From the NCBI GenBank assembly GCA_010093705.1, contig MU006096.1, positions 111,558-175,557 on the forward strand: a DNA stretch of 64,000 bases. The letters run 5' to 3'. Within the stretch, counting starts at the first letter, position 1. The number at the start of each line of letters is the position of its first letter. Origin of the DNA: Patellaria atrata CBS 101060. Taxonomy: Eukaryota. The notes under the pieces were generated by a model that saw only the letters and a list, made by a program, of their open reading frames with translations, made no database searches and had not been told where the DNA came from. This document shows positions 28,194 through 39,106 of the stretch, one piece after another. Both the position numbers and the translations under genes were made by a program.

Positions 28194-28810
28194 ATTTCAA
28201 GGTTCATCGAACGTCTGGAGCAAAAATTGAAATATGGATTATTTTGTTTGTAAGGTTATAACGCGTGACAGGCGCGTTTGCGGGTGAAGAGTTAAAGACG
28301 GTAACCTTACCAATGTCCCGTCGAGAGTGCCGTTGACATTTTAACACTAGGCCTAAAGAGGGGGATTCTAAAATCCGAAATTCGTCGAACGGCTATGGCG
28401 AAAACTGAAATATGGATTCCATCGTTTGTAAGTTTGAAACGCGTGACAGGTGCGTTTAAGGGTGAAGAGTAAAGACGGTAACCTCACCAACGTCTAGAGT
28501 GCTGTCTAACATCTAAACACCAGGCGTAAATAGAGCAGTTCCTAATTCGAAATTCGTTGAACGTCTGTGGTAAAGACTAAAAATGCATTCCGTCGTTTGT
28601 ACGCGTAACAAGCCCGTTTGAGCGGGACGTGTTTATCTAATAAGACGTTACCTAACGACCTTTGATATTTCCTACACTGGGCTTATAGAGGATAACTCCA
28701 AGATTTGAAATTCGTTGAACGTCTGTGGTAGAAATTGAAATTACATTCCGCTGTTTATACGCGTGACGGGCACGTTTTGAGCACTTCCAGTCTCAAAGTT
28801 CGTTGACTAC
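28194..28810. repeat. Diverged tandem repeat family A (about 4 copies, 158-178 bp period)
   Basis: Anchor TTCRTYGAACG at about 28203, 28381, 28553 and 28711, followed by ACGCGT at 28261, 28439, 28601 and 28759. Copies 1 and 2 share gggtgaagagt(t)aaagacggtaacct. Confidence 0.9.
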
Positions 28811-28844
28811 CGGTGTTAGGTGCGCGTGGAGCGAGTCTATAACG

Positions 28845-29480
28845 TCTTTTTCGATAAAAACTTAAGAATTTTTTCTTTGGTAATTTACTTAACCATAAGT
28901 AACAGAAGGAATTGAGACAGTAATTCTAGATCTCCCTGGAAAATGGGGAAGATTCGTGTGCGATATGAGTTTTTAGTTGAAATTCAGTTTTCCGGCTAGA
29001 TTTAAGAGAAACGGAATACTTGAGGAATAAAGTCGCAGGCGTTAATATTACCTTAAGATACTACCGGTTTCTTCGATCAAAACGCGTGGATTATTTTTTT
29101 TTTTCTGGCTATTTGCTTCACCGTAAGTAATAGAAGGAATCGAGATAGTGATTCTTAATCTCCTTAGAAAATAGCGAAGATTCATGTGCGATATGAATTT
29201 TTAGGTGAAGTTCACTTTTCCGTCTGGGCTTAGAGAAATGCTTAAGGAACGAGGTTGCGGGGAGTCACCTTGTCCTGGGGTCTTTTTAAATAAAAACAAG
29301 AAATTTTTTGGTCATTTGCTTAGCCATAAGTGATAGAAGGAATCGAGTTAGTGATTCATAATCTCCTTGAAAAATGGCGACGATTTGTATATAATATCGA
29401 TTTTAGGTCAACTTCACTTTTTCGTCTGGACTTGAAGGAATGCTTTGGGAACGAAGCCACGCGCGTGGTTGTCCTGGCTT
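28845..29480. repeat. Diverged tandem repeat family B (3 copies, about 203-228 bp period)
   Basis: Shared block ccRtaagtRaYagaaggaatYgag..agtRattc...atctcc...aaaat...gatt...tttttag, with anchor agaaggaat at 28904, 29132 and 29335. Confidence 0.9.
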
Positions 29481-32316
29481 TATTATGGATTGCACGTTCT
29501 TTTCCTTCATCGATGTAAAGTACCCTGATGGGCACCTTCACAATGTGATATTACTATAGAGCCTCGAACGGGAAATTTTAGGGAATTTCGATGAACGTCT
29601 GGGGAGGGATCTCCTTATTCGACTGCATTTACACGTGTTGGACGCCTTTTTCGGTTCTCAACTCTAGTAGACTGTACTCGCACATGTTCTTACCTCGCAG
29701 CTATCCTAACCACGTGCGAAGGACTATCATAGGAAAGTCCTAAACAGGTATACTTTAGCAGGTTTCCTCGAACATTTCAGGTCGCGTCCAAACGCGACTG
29801 CCCTTTCGAGGCGACACGTTTATGGACAGGAGAGTCCCGAATAGATTGTTATTCTTAATTTTTGTCGAGCGTATAAAAATGAAACTTAGTTTCTGACCGA
29901 GTTTACACGCGCTAGACAAGTTAGGACGCAATTTCGATCAAATATTAAAATGAAAACACTCTAGCGCTAGACTTCCACATGGGTTCCTAATTGGGAAGTA
30001 CACGTGGAAAACGTTGAACGTCTACGTCAGGACTTTGGTAAAGGGCTGGCGGCTAAGGTGTCAAGTCTACCGCGATAAGGGTAAAACAGACGGGAAGGGG
30101 CTGGCGGATTGAGACCAGAAGACGGCGGACTGTTTTAGACCTTTGGTTTATGAGAGTTCTAGGGAATAAAGAGATGGAAGTGATTGATTTCGCAGTGGAC
30201 GTGCCATGTTAGTGTTTCTTGGATGAGGTGGAGTTGGGTCCCCCATTCTTTCACTTTGATTGTACTGATTGCATTGAGTTCCCGCGATGGAGTTGGACAC
30301 ATTGAAGGGAATTAAGTAGAAGGCGTGAAGTATAATAGGTTTGAAGAGACGTGTGATTATTGCGATGGACTATATCAATACTAAGTGTATCTTGCAGTTA
30401 TGGCTAATATTCCATTGGATACCTTACCCACATCTGTATCCTTAGTAGAACGCATAATCTATATTGAGACAGAATAGGGAGTGCTATTCCAGAACCCGTA
30501 TGTGTATAAGTCATGACATTTCACAATTGACAGAGTAAACTCTCTCTCGAGGGAGAGTGATGAAATGTTTATCTGCTCAAGATGAAGGTCTGCAACGGGT
30601 CTCGGCGTCGGTGATCGCTCGGATTGACAGGGGCAGTTGAAGCATCAAGCATGTGATGACAGATGACTCAAGTTGGATAGGCCGATGCTCGTCATCATTG
30701 ATTCATCGGTCGTCGGATCGGTCTGAGCAGAGTCCGGCCGTTGGAGGCTTGGAGTTCTTGGAGAAGTAATAATGATAGCAGATGGCACCCCCTCATGCCA
30801 CCACTTGGAAACTTTTCTCACTCGACACGAGATGTACAGTAGATGAATGGGACAAGGTGCTTTGCATCTCTGAAACGACTCAGTGTAACAATGACTCTTG
30901 TACTTTCTAATATCGAACTTATCCGTTAACCAATAACTTTTTTTCCGTGGTGTTTGGAAGTCATACTCGTACTGTTCGATTCGGAATTTGTAATAACCGA
31001 ACACTTAACGCCGCCCCGGTAGCCTGAGTTCAAAAAGTTTAGTCGGATATAGACAGCGCGCAGTAGTAGTGAGTTACACGAGTAACGGTATCCGGAATGG
31101 GTCACACTCTGTACGAATTCGCCTAATCAATAGTATTGCTGCTCTCCCGACACGCTAGAAAAGGCTTATCCAAAGTCCCAACGTTTGCTCTGCATCAGTA
31201 TTATACGCCAAGCAATGGAAGTCACAAGAGCTGGGCCACCTGGGTATTTTTCTTGCACTTGCCAGACCTGCTGTTAAATTCTTCTCCATGTCAGTATGGA
31301 CGTGATGATATGTACTGTAAGGGATGTCGGTCTACTCAAAGAGATACTGGAGCTTAGGGATGACTGTATAAGTACGTACTGCCCTGTACACGTACTTTGT
31401 ACATAAACTTCAGCATGAGATGCTCGTATGACTGGACAACATGGTCTAAAGTAGGGATGGGACGGATAGGGAATGCCGGTAGTGTTCGAGATGTACGGGG
31501 TATCACAAGGACACCTCATGAATTCTAGAGTTTGGACAATATGACAATATCACACTAGATAGCGCAATACGATTCGCGGTTTTGTAATCAGATAGAGATT
31601 GAAGCAAAGGCGGTGATGAAGATGAAGATGGTGAATGGAGCGGTTGGTTCGGGCGCTAACCGGAATTTGGAACAACATCCAACGTGTGGAGGCTAAACTA
31701 AGGTAGACTAACTAGTTCTAGACCTAAACTAACAAAGATCAATCCACGTCACTGCAGCTTTTTTCTCATTTTCTCGCCAAAACAACGCAAAGCCGCAAAG
31801 TCGCAAACCAAAGACCGAAAAGCTTCTTTCTACTTGTGTACTTGTAAATCTCGGAGATCCGCCCGATGCCGAATTTGCAAATGGCCCCAAGGGCCCCATG
31901 CTCCCTCCTCTGTGCTTTGACATAGAATTATGCACACTGTCGGATAACCATGCCTTGCGCGTACGGTACATGCTATGCTCTTACAATCTTAGCTTCTTGT
32001 CCGTCCATATTATAACCTCATGCTTACCTACCTCTACCGATTGCGTGTCTCCGCCATGCTGTCTGCCTCTTTGGCATATGAGAGCTTTCCGCTATCTTCC
32101 GGACTGCTCTTTCCGCTATCAAACAAAAGGCTCCAGTAACCCTCAAAAGATTTTGGATCTTCTAATTGATCCTACATCCTCACTCTTTACACTCCCTCCC
32201 CCATTATCCTAACCCTTTCGTTCACCACTCGACCTGGAACAGCAACCTTACGGATATACAGACCTTACACGAAAGACCAAACCTACGGATCATAATTCAT
32301 CAAACTCCAACGATAC

Positions 32317-34294
32317 ATGAATAGAGTGCGCCCTGTGACTTTAGCTTCCCTAGCGTTCCTGCTTGAGCTTGTACCTCTCGCAGTCGCTCACGGACACGAT
32401 GACTACGGAATGGATATGCCAGAGGCCGCGATAAATTCGCCTGTGCCTTCGGCAACCCAGGATGGGCAATCTACGAGCTACTTTCGCCTTAAGGACCATT
32501 CCACCATGATGAACTCCCATATCCTACTCATGATGATTGGCTGGACCGTCCTCTTACCTCTTGGTGAGTGCACGAACTTGCGCATAGCTTCGGATCCTCG
32601 TCGCTAATCGGAACTAGGCGTAATGTTTAGCATCGCACGATCACGATATACGCTCCTAACCCAAAGTTTATTCCTTCTGGTGAATGGTCTTGGCTTATTG
32701 ACGGCGTGCATTTACAATACTACCACACCGGATTTGTATCCTAATAACTCGCATCATAAGCTAGGCTGGGCTTTGACTTGGATACTATCTAGCTGGGTTA
32801 TTATGGGCATTGTAAATCGATATACGAGCTCGAAGAAAGTGAATGTGACTGCTGTAGCTGAGGGACTGCTCGTTTCTGCCGGAGCCGTGGCGGAGTACCA
32901 CCGCCTTCCACATACACAAGAGTACGACGAGAGCCGCTGGTCAAGGGACTCTGGACAAGGAACGGAGCGAAATTCAGCATCTTTCTGCAGTCAATCGAGA
33001 TCACCGAGTGTAGAATCCGAGAATCAGCAATTCCAAGACCCGGTTCATCAGTATGACGAAGAAGATGACCAGACTGATGAGAAGGATGGTTTTCTCAAAG
33101 ACTCTCGTGTGGACCGGTTTATGAAGCGCAACGTATCCAGAATAGCTTTTGGCCGCTCTTTGGGTGTTCTACGATTCTTCTACGTTGCAATCGAGCGATT
33201 GATCCTGGTGCTGGGGTTTGTAGCCCTTGCTACGGGTATTGTTACGTATAGTGGCATTGCGGTACGTAGCAACGTCTTCTGGTTTTGCGATTAGTAAGAT
33301 CTCTAATAAATGTGTAGAGAGGTGACGCGGTATTCAATATTCTAGCACATTTCATCAAAGGCGGCATCTTTTTCTGGTACGGCCTTCTAACTCTCGGACG
33401 CTGGATGGGCTGTTTCGCAGATTTCGGCTGGGCGTGGAACATCAAGCCAACTGCGAACATCGTTGGCCACCACAAAGCTAGGATTCCGTCCGCGGAATTT
33501 ACTGAATCATTCGTGATCTGGCTGTACGGTGCGTCTAATGTTTGGCTGGAGCACCTGGCAGCGTGGGGCTCGGAATGGACCGCGCAAGATCTTGAGCATG
33601 TCTCCATCTCAATATTATTTTTTGGTGGTGGTGCGGTAAGTAATAGTATTCCATTCTTTCGGCCAGCGGCCCGTCGCGGGGCGACTACCGAGAACCCAAT
33701 CATAACCACTTCCGTAGTACTGTACTAATACGGTAATAGCTCGGTATGCTCATCGAATCCCGCAAAGTCCGTAGCCTACTCAATACGACTATCACCGGCT
33801 CCCGCGGTACCACCACTTCCGACCCATCCTGGATCGCTCCTCCAACCTACCGCTTCCCGTACAATCCACTTCCCGGCCTCATAATCCTACTCCTCGGTCT
33901 CATGATGGGCTCGCACCACCAGGCATCGATGCTCAGTACAATGATTCACAAGCAATGGGGTAACCTCTTTGTCGGCTTTGCTTTGGCGCGCGCCGCTACT
34001 TATGTCATTCTGTACATTTCACCTCCGACGTCATTCCTTCCATCCAGACCACCAACGGAGCTAATTGCAAGTTTCTGCCTGATAGCAGGTGGGCTTATCT
34101 TCATGGAGAGCAACAAGAATACAGTTACCGCTCTGGAAGCTAATGGCCTGGATGCCATGTTTACCTTCACGGTTACGATGGGACTTGTGACGCTTTCTAT
34201 GGCGTGGGTGGTCGCATTGGTTGCCGTCAAGGGATGGGCCACAAGGAAAGAGAAAGGAGTGGTGGCTTTGAACGCTACCCAGGAGCTGGCGTAA
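32317..34294 (+). CDS. Multi-pass integral membrane protein, Ytp1/DUF2427-like
   Basis: Signal peptide followed by HGHDD, His-containing TM helices (HILLM, NSHHKLGW, LAHFIKGGIFFWYG, LEHL, DLEHVSI, MGSHHQ, IHKQWG) and SRPPTEL; 3 introns. Confidence 0.85.
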
Positions 34295-35245
34295 CGGAAG
34301 GTAGGTACGACGGTGAGGTAGAATTTGCATGATGATGGGCAGCTATGGCATTCTGCGCGGCTAGGGGACTTTCTTTGCAATACCCGCCAGCTCTGGACAA
34401 GGTCCGTTGGTATGGCACTCTTTCATTTTCTGAGAACTTGTTGGTCATGAATGCTCGGGATGAGCTTGGATGCTTTGCTTTTATGATACCACAGACCACC
34501 TGTTTTTCTTTATTTCGGACGATCGCGTCATCTGCGGGGCGTGTCTTGGACACGAGGCATTAGGGGAAATAGGGCGTAGGTTTCAATGATTGAATGAGGG
34601 ATGATCAATTTGAATCGATTTGGCTGTCGCTCGTTCTTATGATATGCTCGTGTGACTGGGAATATGGCTTTCTGCTCCCATCTCTTACCATCTCTTACCA
34701 TCCCATCGCCCCCGGCCCCGGCCCCGTTCATACACCTGACCCCTCAAAGCTCATCCCCCCCTCCCCCCCCCATCTCTCCCGTACGTCGCGCCCCGCCTTA
34801 ACCAGACCCTGAACCGAGAGCACAGCGACAGAACGGTAATGGAATAGTATTGAAACAGTAATAGAACGGTACTGGAATAGTAGCAGAAGTGACAAGCCGG
34901 TGACTGAACAGGTAGCTTCGAATCCCTCCTGATACCTCTCTCTCCTTTCTATCCTTTCTGCTTATTATCCAAAGATTAGGGTTGGGTAATCTGCGAGGAT
35001 GCGAGAGGATGAAGGGGCAAAGGGTCAACGATTTGCAGAAAGGTTTTATACAGATTTTTTTTTTTTTTTTGGGTGTGGGTGTGTGGGGGGAGTAAGATTC
35101 AATTGAGGTTCTAATTACGATTCGTTAAGCATATCATCTAAGGTAGAACCATGCTGGAGAGAACCGCGAAGCACAAGCCCTTCTATCATCGAGTCCCTAG
35201 TCTAATCTTTGAGAAATTGTCCTTATTACCTCCGTCCCTGTCTGA

Positions 35246-37134
35246 TTACTCCATCTTCGCATTCGTCTTCGCAGCCGCCTCAGCCGTGCTCTTCAACGCA
35301 ATCGGCGCATCATCCCTCGGCATGAAGATCTCAACGAAGCGCAACTTATCGCCCTGCGAGAAATCCCGATCCTCAAACAACCTATTCACCTCCTCCTTAG
35401 TCCTGACTTGGTAAGTCTTTGCGTCTTTGGCGCCGAAGACCTCGGGGAGCTTGGTGTACTGCCAGTCGGGGATGTCGTTGTAATCGGCGTCGAAGCCGTG
35501 GATGTAGCGCTCGATGGTGTAGCCTGCATTGTTGATGACGAAGAGGATGGGGCTCAGGCCGTTGCGGATCATGGTGCTGACCTCCTGGGCCGTGAGCTGG
35601 AAGCTGCCGTCGCCGGTGAAGAGAATGGTGCGCTTGACGCCCAACTCTTTCGCGGCGAGGGCGGCGCCTTGACAGGAGCCAGTGGCGTAGCCGATGCTGC
35701 CCCAGAGCACTTGGCTGATGGCTGTGACGTCTTTCGGGAAGCGTGTCTCCCAGATGCCGAAGTTGGCGGTGCCGGTCTCGGTAATGACGATGTCTTTTGG
35801 TTCCAGCCACTGGCCGAGACGCGGCCAGAACCATGCTTGGGTGATGGTTGTGTCTTCAGACTTTCTCTCCTCGGCGGGGATGCGATTGTTGGGGATTGGC
35901 CCTTCTTGAACGTTCAATTTGCCGATTTTCGCAGCAACTTTCCTCAGCACACCGTTCATACGGACGCCGGGGTATTCGGAGTACTTGACTCGAGTGTAGT
36001 TGCTGTGGAAGTCGATGGTGTTGAGCTGACTAATGCGGTAAGTGAAACCGGCAGTGTTGAAATCGGATTTGATGGCACCGATCGAAAGGACGAGGTCGGA
36101 GGATTCCAGACGCTCCCGTACGCCAGCGTTCGAGCCATCGCCTGCGTAGACACCACCGTAGTTGGGAAGCGTTTCATCGACAGCGCCTTTGCCCATCGGA
36201 GCGACGAAGGTGGGAATACCAGTCTTCTTGATGAGTTCGTGGGTTTCATCTAATGCTCTATGCCTCTGTGCACACGCATCGACAAGGATCGCGGGATTCT
36301 TCGCGGCGTGAAGGTACTTGAGAACAACTTCGACAACATAATTCTCTTTCTCCTCGTCGTTCGGCGGGAAGGTTAGATCTAGCGGCTTCTCCAATCTTGC
36401 GCCCTCTATCTTTTTCCGAACCATATCTGTTGGTAATGAAATGTATACTGGACGGCTCTGTAGATAACATTCCCGGATTGCGTGGTCGATTTGAGTAGCG
36501 GCTTCATGGGGATCGTTTAGTAGAGCAACATTGCAGGAGACGTTCCGACTCATGTTAGCAAATACGTTGAAGTCGCCATTTCCTAGAGTGTGATGTAGTA
36601 ATAGGCCATTTCGCTGGGAGATAGTCGAAGGATATCCGACGATGTGAACGATAGGGACATATTCTGAGTATGCTCCTGAAATGGCATTGATAGCTGATAA
36701 TTCGCCAACACCGAATGTCGTGACTATTGCAGATATGCCTTTAACTCTAGCATACCCGTCTGCCGCGTAACCTGCATTTGAGTGTTTCTCAGTACGAAGG
36801 TTCTCCTTTTGCTGCCAGTGAGACTTGTGATGAGGGGCAGCTTTTTAGACGCGGGGCTGTACTATCAAGCTACTTACCGGCATTGAGCTCGTTAACATTT
36901 CCTACCCAACGGAGACCATTCTTTGGGATGTAGTCTAAAGCTACGAGATTGTAATCGCCTGGTAGACCGTGAACAGATCTCACGCCAACTTCATGAAGTC
37001 TGCGGAAAAGGTACTGGAAGTTGGGTTAGGAGAGAGTTATCGAAAGAGTGATATATTACAGTAATGTGGAGCTCGCGTACTTCAGCAACATCAACAGGAT
37101 TCTTGAGCTCGGAGGTTTTGATGTCTGTAGCCAT
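35246..37134 (-). CDS. PDC1: Pyruvate decarboxylase (ThDP-dependent)
   Basis: [39 protein letters not shown] and the ThDP motif [20 protein letters not shown] at 37134; introns about 37015-37080 and 36773-36877. Confidence 0.97.
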
Positions 37135-39106
37135 TGAGACGAGTGTTTGTATGAAGTAATTGTGATGTATGGAAGGTTGATATTGAACAAGAAGAGGTGT
37201 CTCCTGGGAGTCTTTTATCAAAAGGTAGTACCTTATTAAGAGCTTTTTCTTGATATGGTTGTTTCTCGGATTGAGTCAGATAGCGTCATCACATCGACAG
37301 ATTGTTTTGCAGCTGTCACCCAATGCTCTCCTGATGCCTAGGACTCCAGATAGGCCCACTCTTTCCGCTACTTACCGTACTTACCGCGAGACGAGGTCTA
37401 GGTGTATGCGTGAAAGCATTTGAACTTTCGACTGGTTGATAGATCTCATCGCCAGTCATACCTCCAGAACCTTTTTTTTTATTTAACCATCTCAGGGATA
37501 ACCTAATAGATCTCTATTTTCATCGTCTCAGCAATCGAGCAGAGCAACATTGGATGAGTGTAAGGTACACCTCATGAGCGAAATAGCTCCTAGACGTATC
37601 GGGCAATCATGATCTAGAGATCAGATGGGAAGGTGTTGGGGACTGGGAAGCTCTTTCACTTTTTATTTTTATTTTTATTTTTCTTTTTCGGCGGGCGCGA
37701 TCCGGGAATTCAAGCATTTTAGGGCCAAGACGATCTGGGCTTCGTATCAGTACCTCGACGTGGGCTCCAACAACGAAAAGATGCAAAAATCTCGGAGACG
37801 GTAAAGGCTGTAAAAGGTCGATGCTTAAGCGCGCTGCATCTCTACCCACGACCTCCCCAACAAGGAGAATAGAAACAAAATGGAATCCCAGAGCCTCTTA
37901 TCGGTATTTTCTTCGTGTCTAACAACAGGAAGTTCTGACGCATACCAGAGCATTGTACCTGGTACAGTTCCTGAATCCTCCTATCGGGTGTTGTATTAGA
38001 TACTCACGATACTTTCAAGTTACCGTTCCATTGCATTGTGTCGTATCTATCGGATTGAAATCGAATTGAATCATGCTCTAGTAGCATAAAAGGAGTGTTC
38101 TTCATAGGTAATAGATATGTCAAGACCTGTATTAGCCTTTCATGTCTGTTGTCAGCTTCCTTTTACTCATGTCTCCCGTCTTTCGATCGAGTTTAAAAGG
38201 GACGTGCAACCGGACGCGCAAGTGAGCACTGCAACTCCTCCGTAGCGGCGCATTGAATTGAGGATATGATAATTGGGAAAAAGGAAAGAGATAATTCGAA
38301 ATCTCTCTCCATTATCGCTTTGTTTCCTCCTTGTTCTGAAGCTCGTTGACCTTTGCGTTGAACGAGCAACTGGACGCCGTACTCTGTACCTGGAGCTCAA
38401 GGGCGCGAAGAAAAAGTGGCAGGTTGAAAGAGTTGCAGGTTGCAGGGCTGTTTTCCTGGTGACAAGCCCCTCCTACCGAATCACAGACGAGAATGCGGGA
38501 AAGACAACATCAAGTGCCAGTCTGCCAACGCTGCATCTGAGCTCTGAAGGAGCCCGTTACCTGCCTTCTCCCTCTCTTGTTCTATCCTTTACCTTTTCAT
38601 CTATGACCTTCGTTACTATACAAGGTTTTAGACATCATCCTCTCTGTCATACCGTAAGACCTCCGCATCTCCTGCGCCTCGGCCGTGTAGCTCGATTGTC
38701 TTCGCGCGCAGCCGCCGCAACCCTGTACTCCCTCGTATTACACCTACATGACCAAACAGCTGAAAGTATTCTGCAGGAGGCCTCTCCGTACCACCTAAAA
38801 CCCACGCTTTTGCCATCTCTTTGCCTTCTTCGTGCCTTCGTCGCCCCCGAACTCTAGATAATTCCGCCCCGGATCCAAATCATTGTGCATTCGGGCCGTA
38901 GCCTTTCGTTGTAGAACATCAGAGTCGTCGACGGCTCCTCACTCCTTCTCATCGGCTTCCTCGTAAGAGCTCGGTTGAAAGAAGATATTCTTTACGCCCT
39001 TGCGACATCCTTCAGTACTTTACAAGGCGCCATCGGAGGGCAAAATGTGGTGAAGAGGAGGACGGTACTCTCAGTTTTGGGAGTCCCAGACGATTAGATT
39101 CCTCGA

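Noticed and set aside
28194..29480. CRISPR-like interpretation of the repeat arrays
   Set aside because: Eukaryotic context, units of 160-230 bp homologous along their length, no unique spacers and no cas genes.
34828..35070. Short duplication agaacggta(a/c)tggaatagta and a poly-T tract
   Set aside because: Ordinary slippage features in a convergent terminator region.
35408..36253. 281-aa plus-strand ORF
   Set aside because: Antisense shadow of the codon-biased, GC3-rich PDC gene.
38273..38857. 194-aa ORF upstream of BCK1
   Set aside because: Non-ATG start, no recognisable domain, and pyrimidine-rich leader-like composition; probably promoter or 5' UTR.
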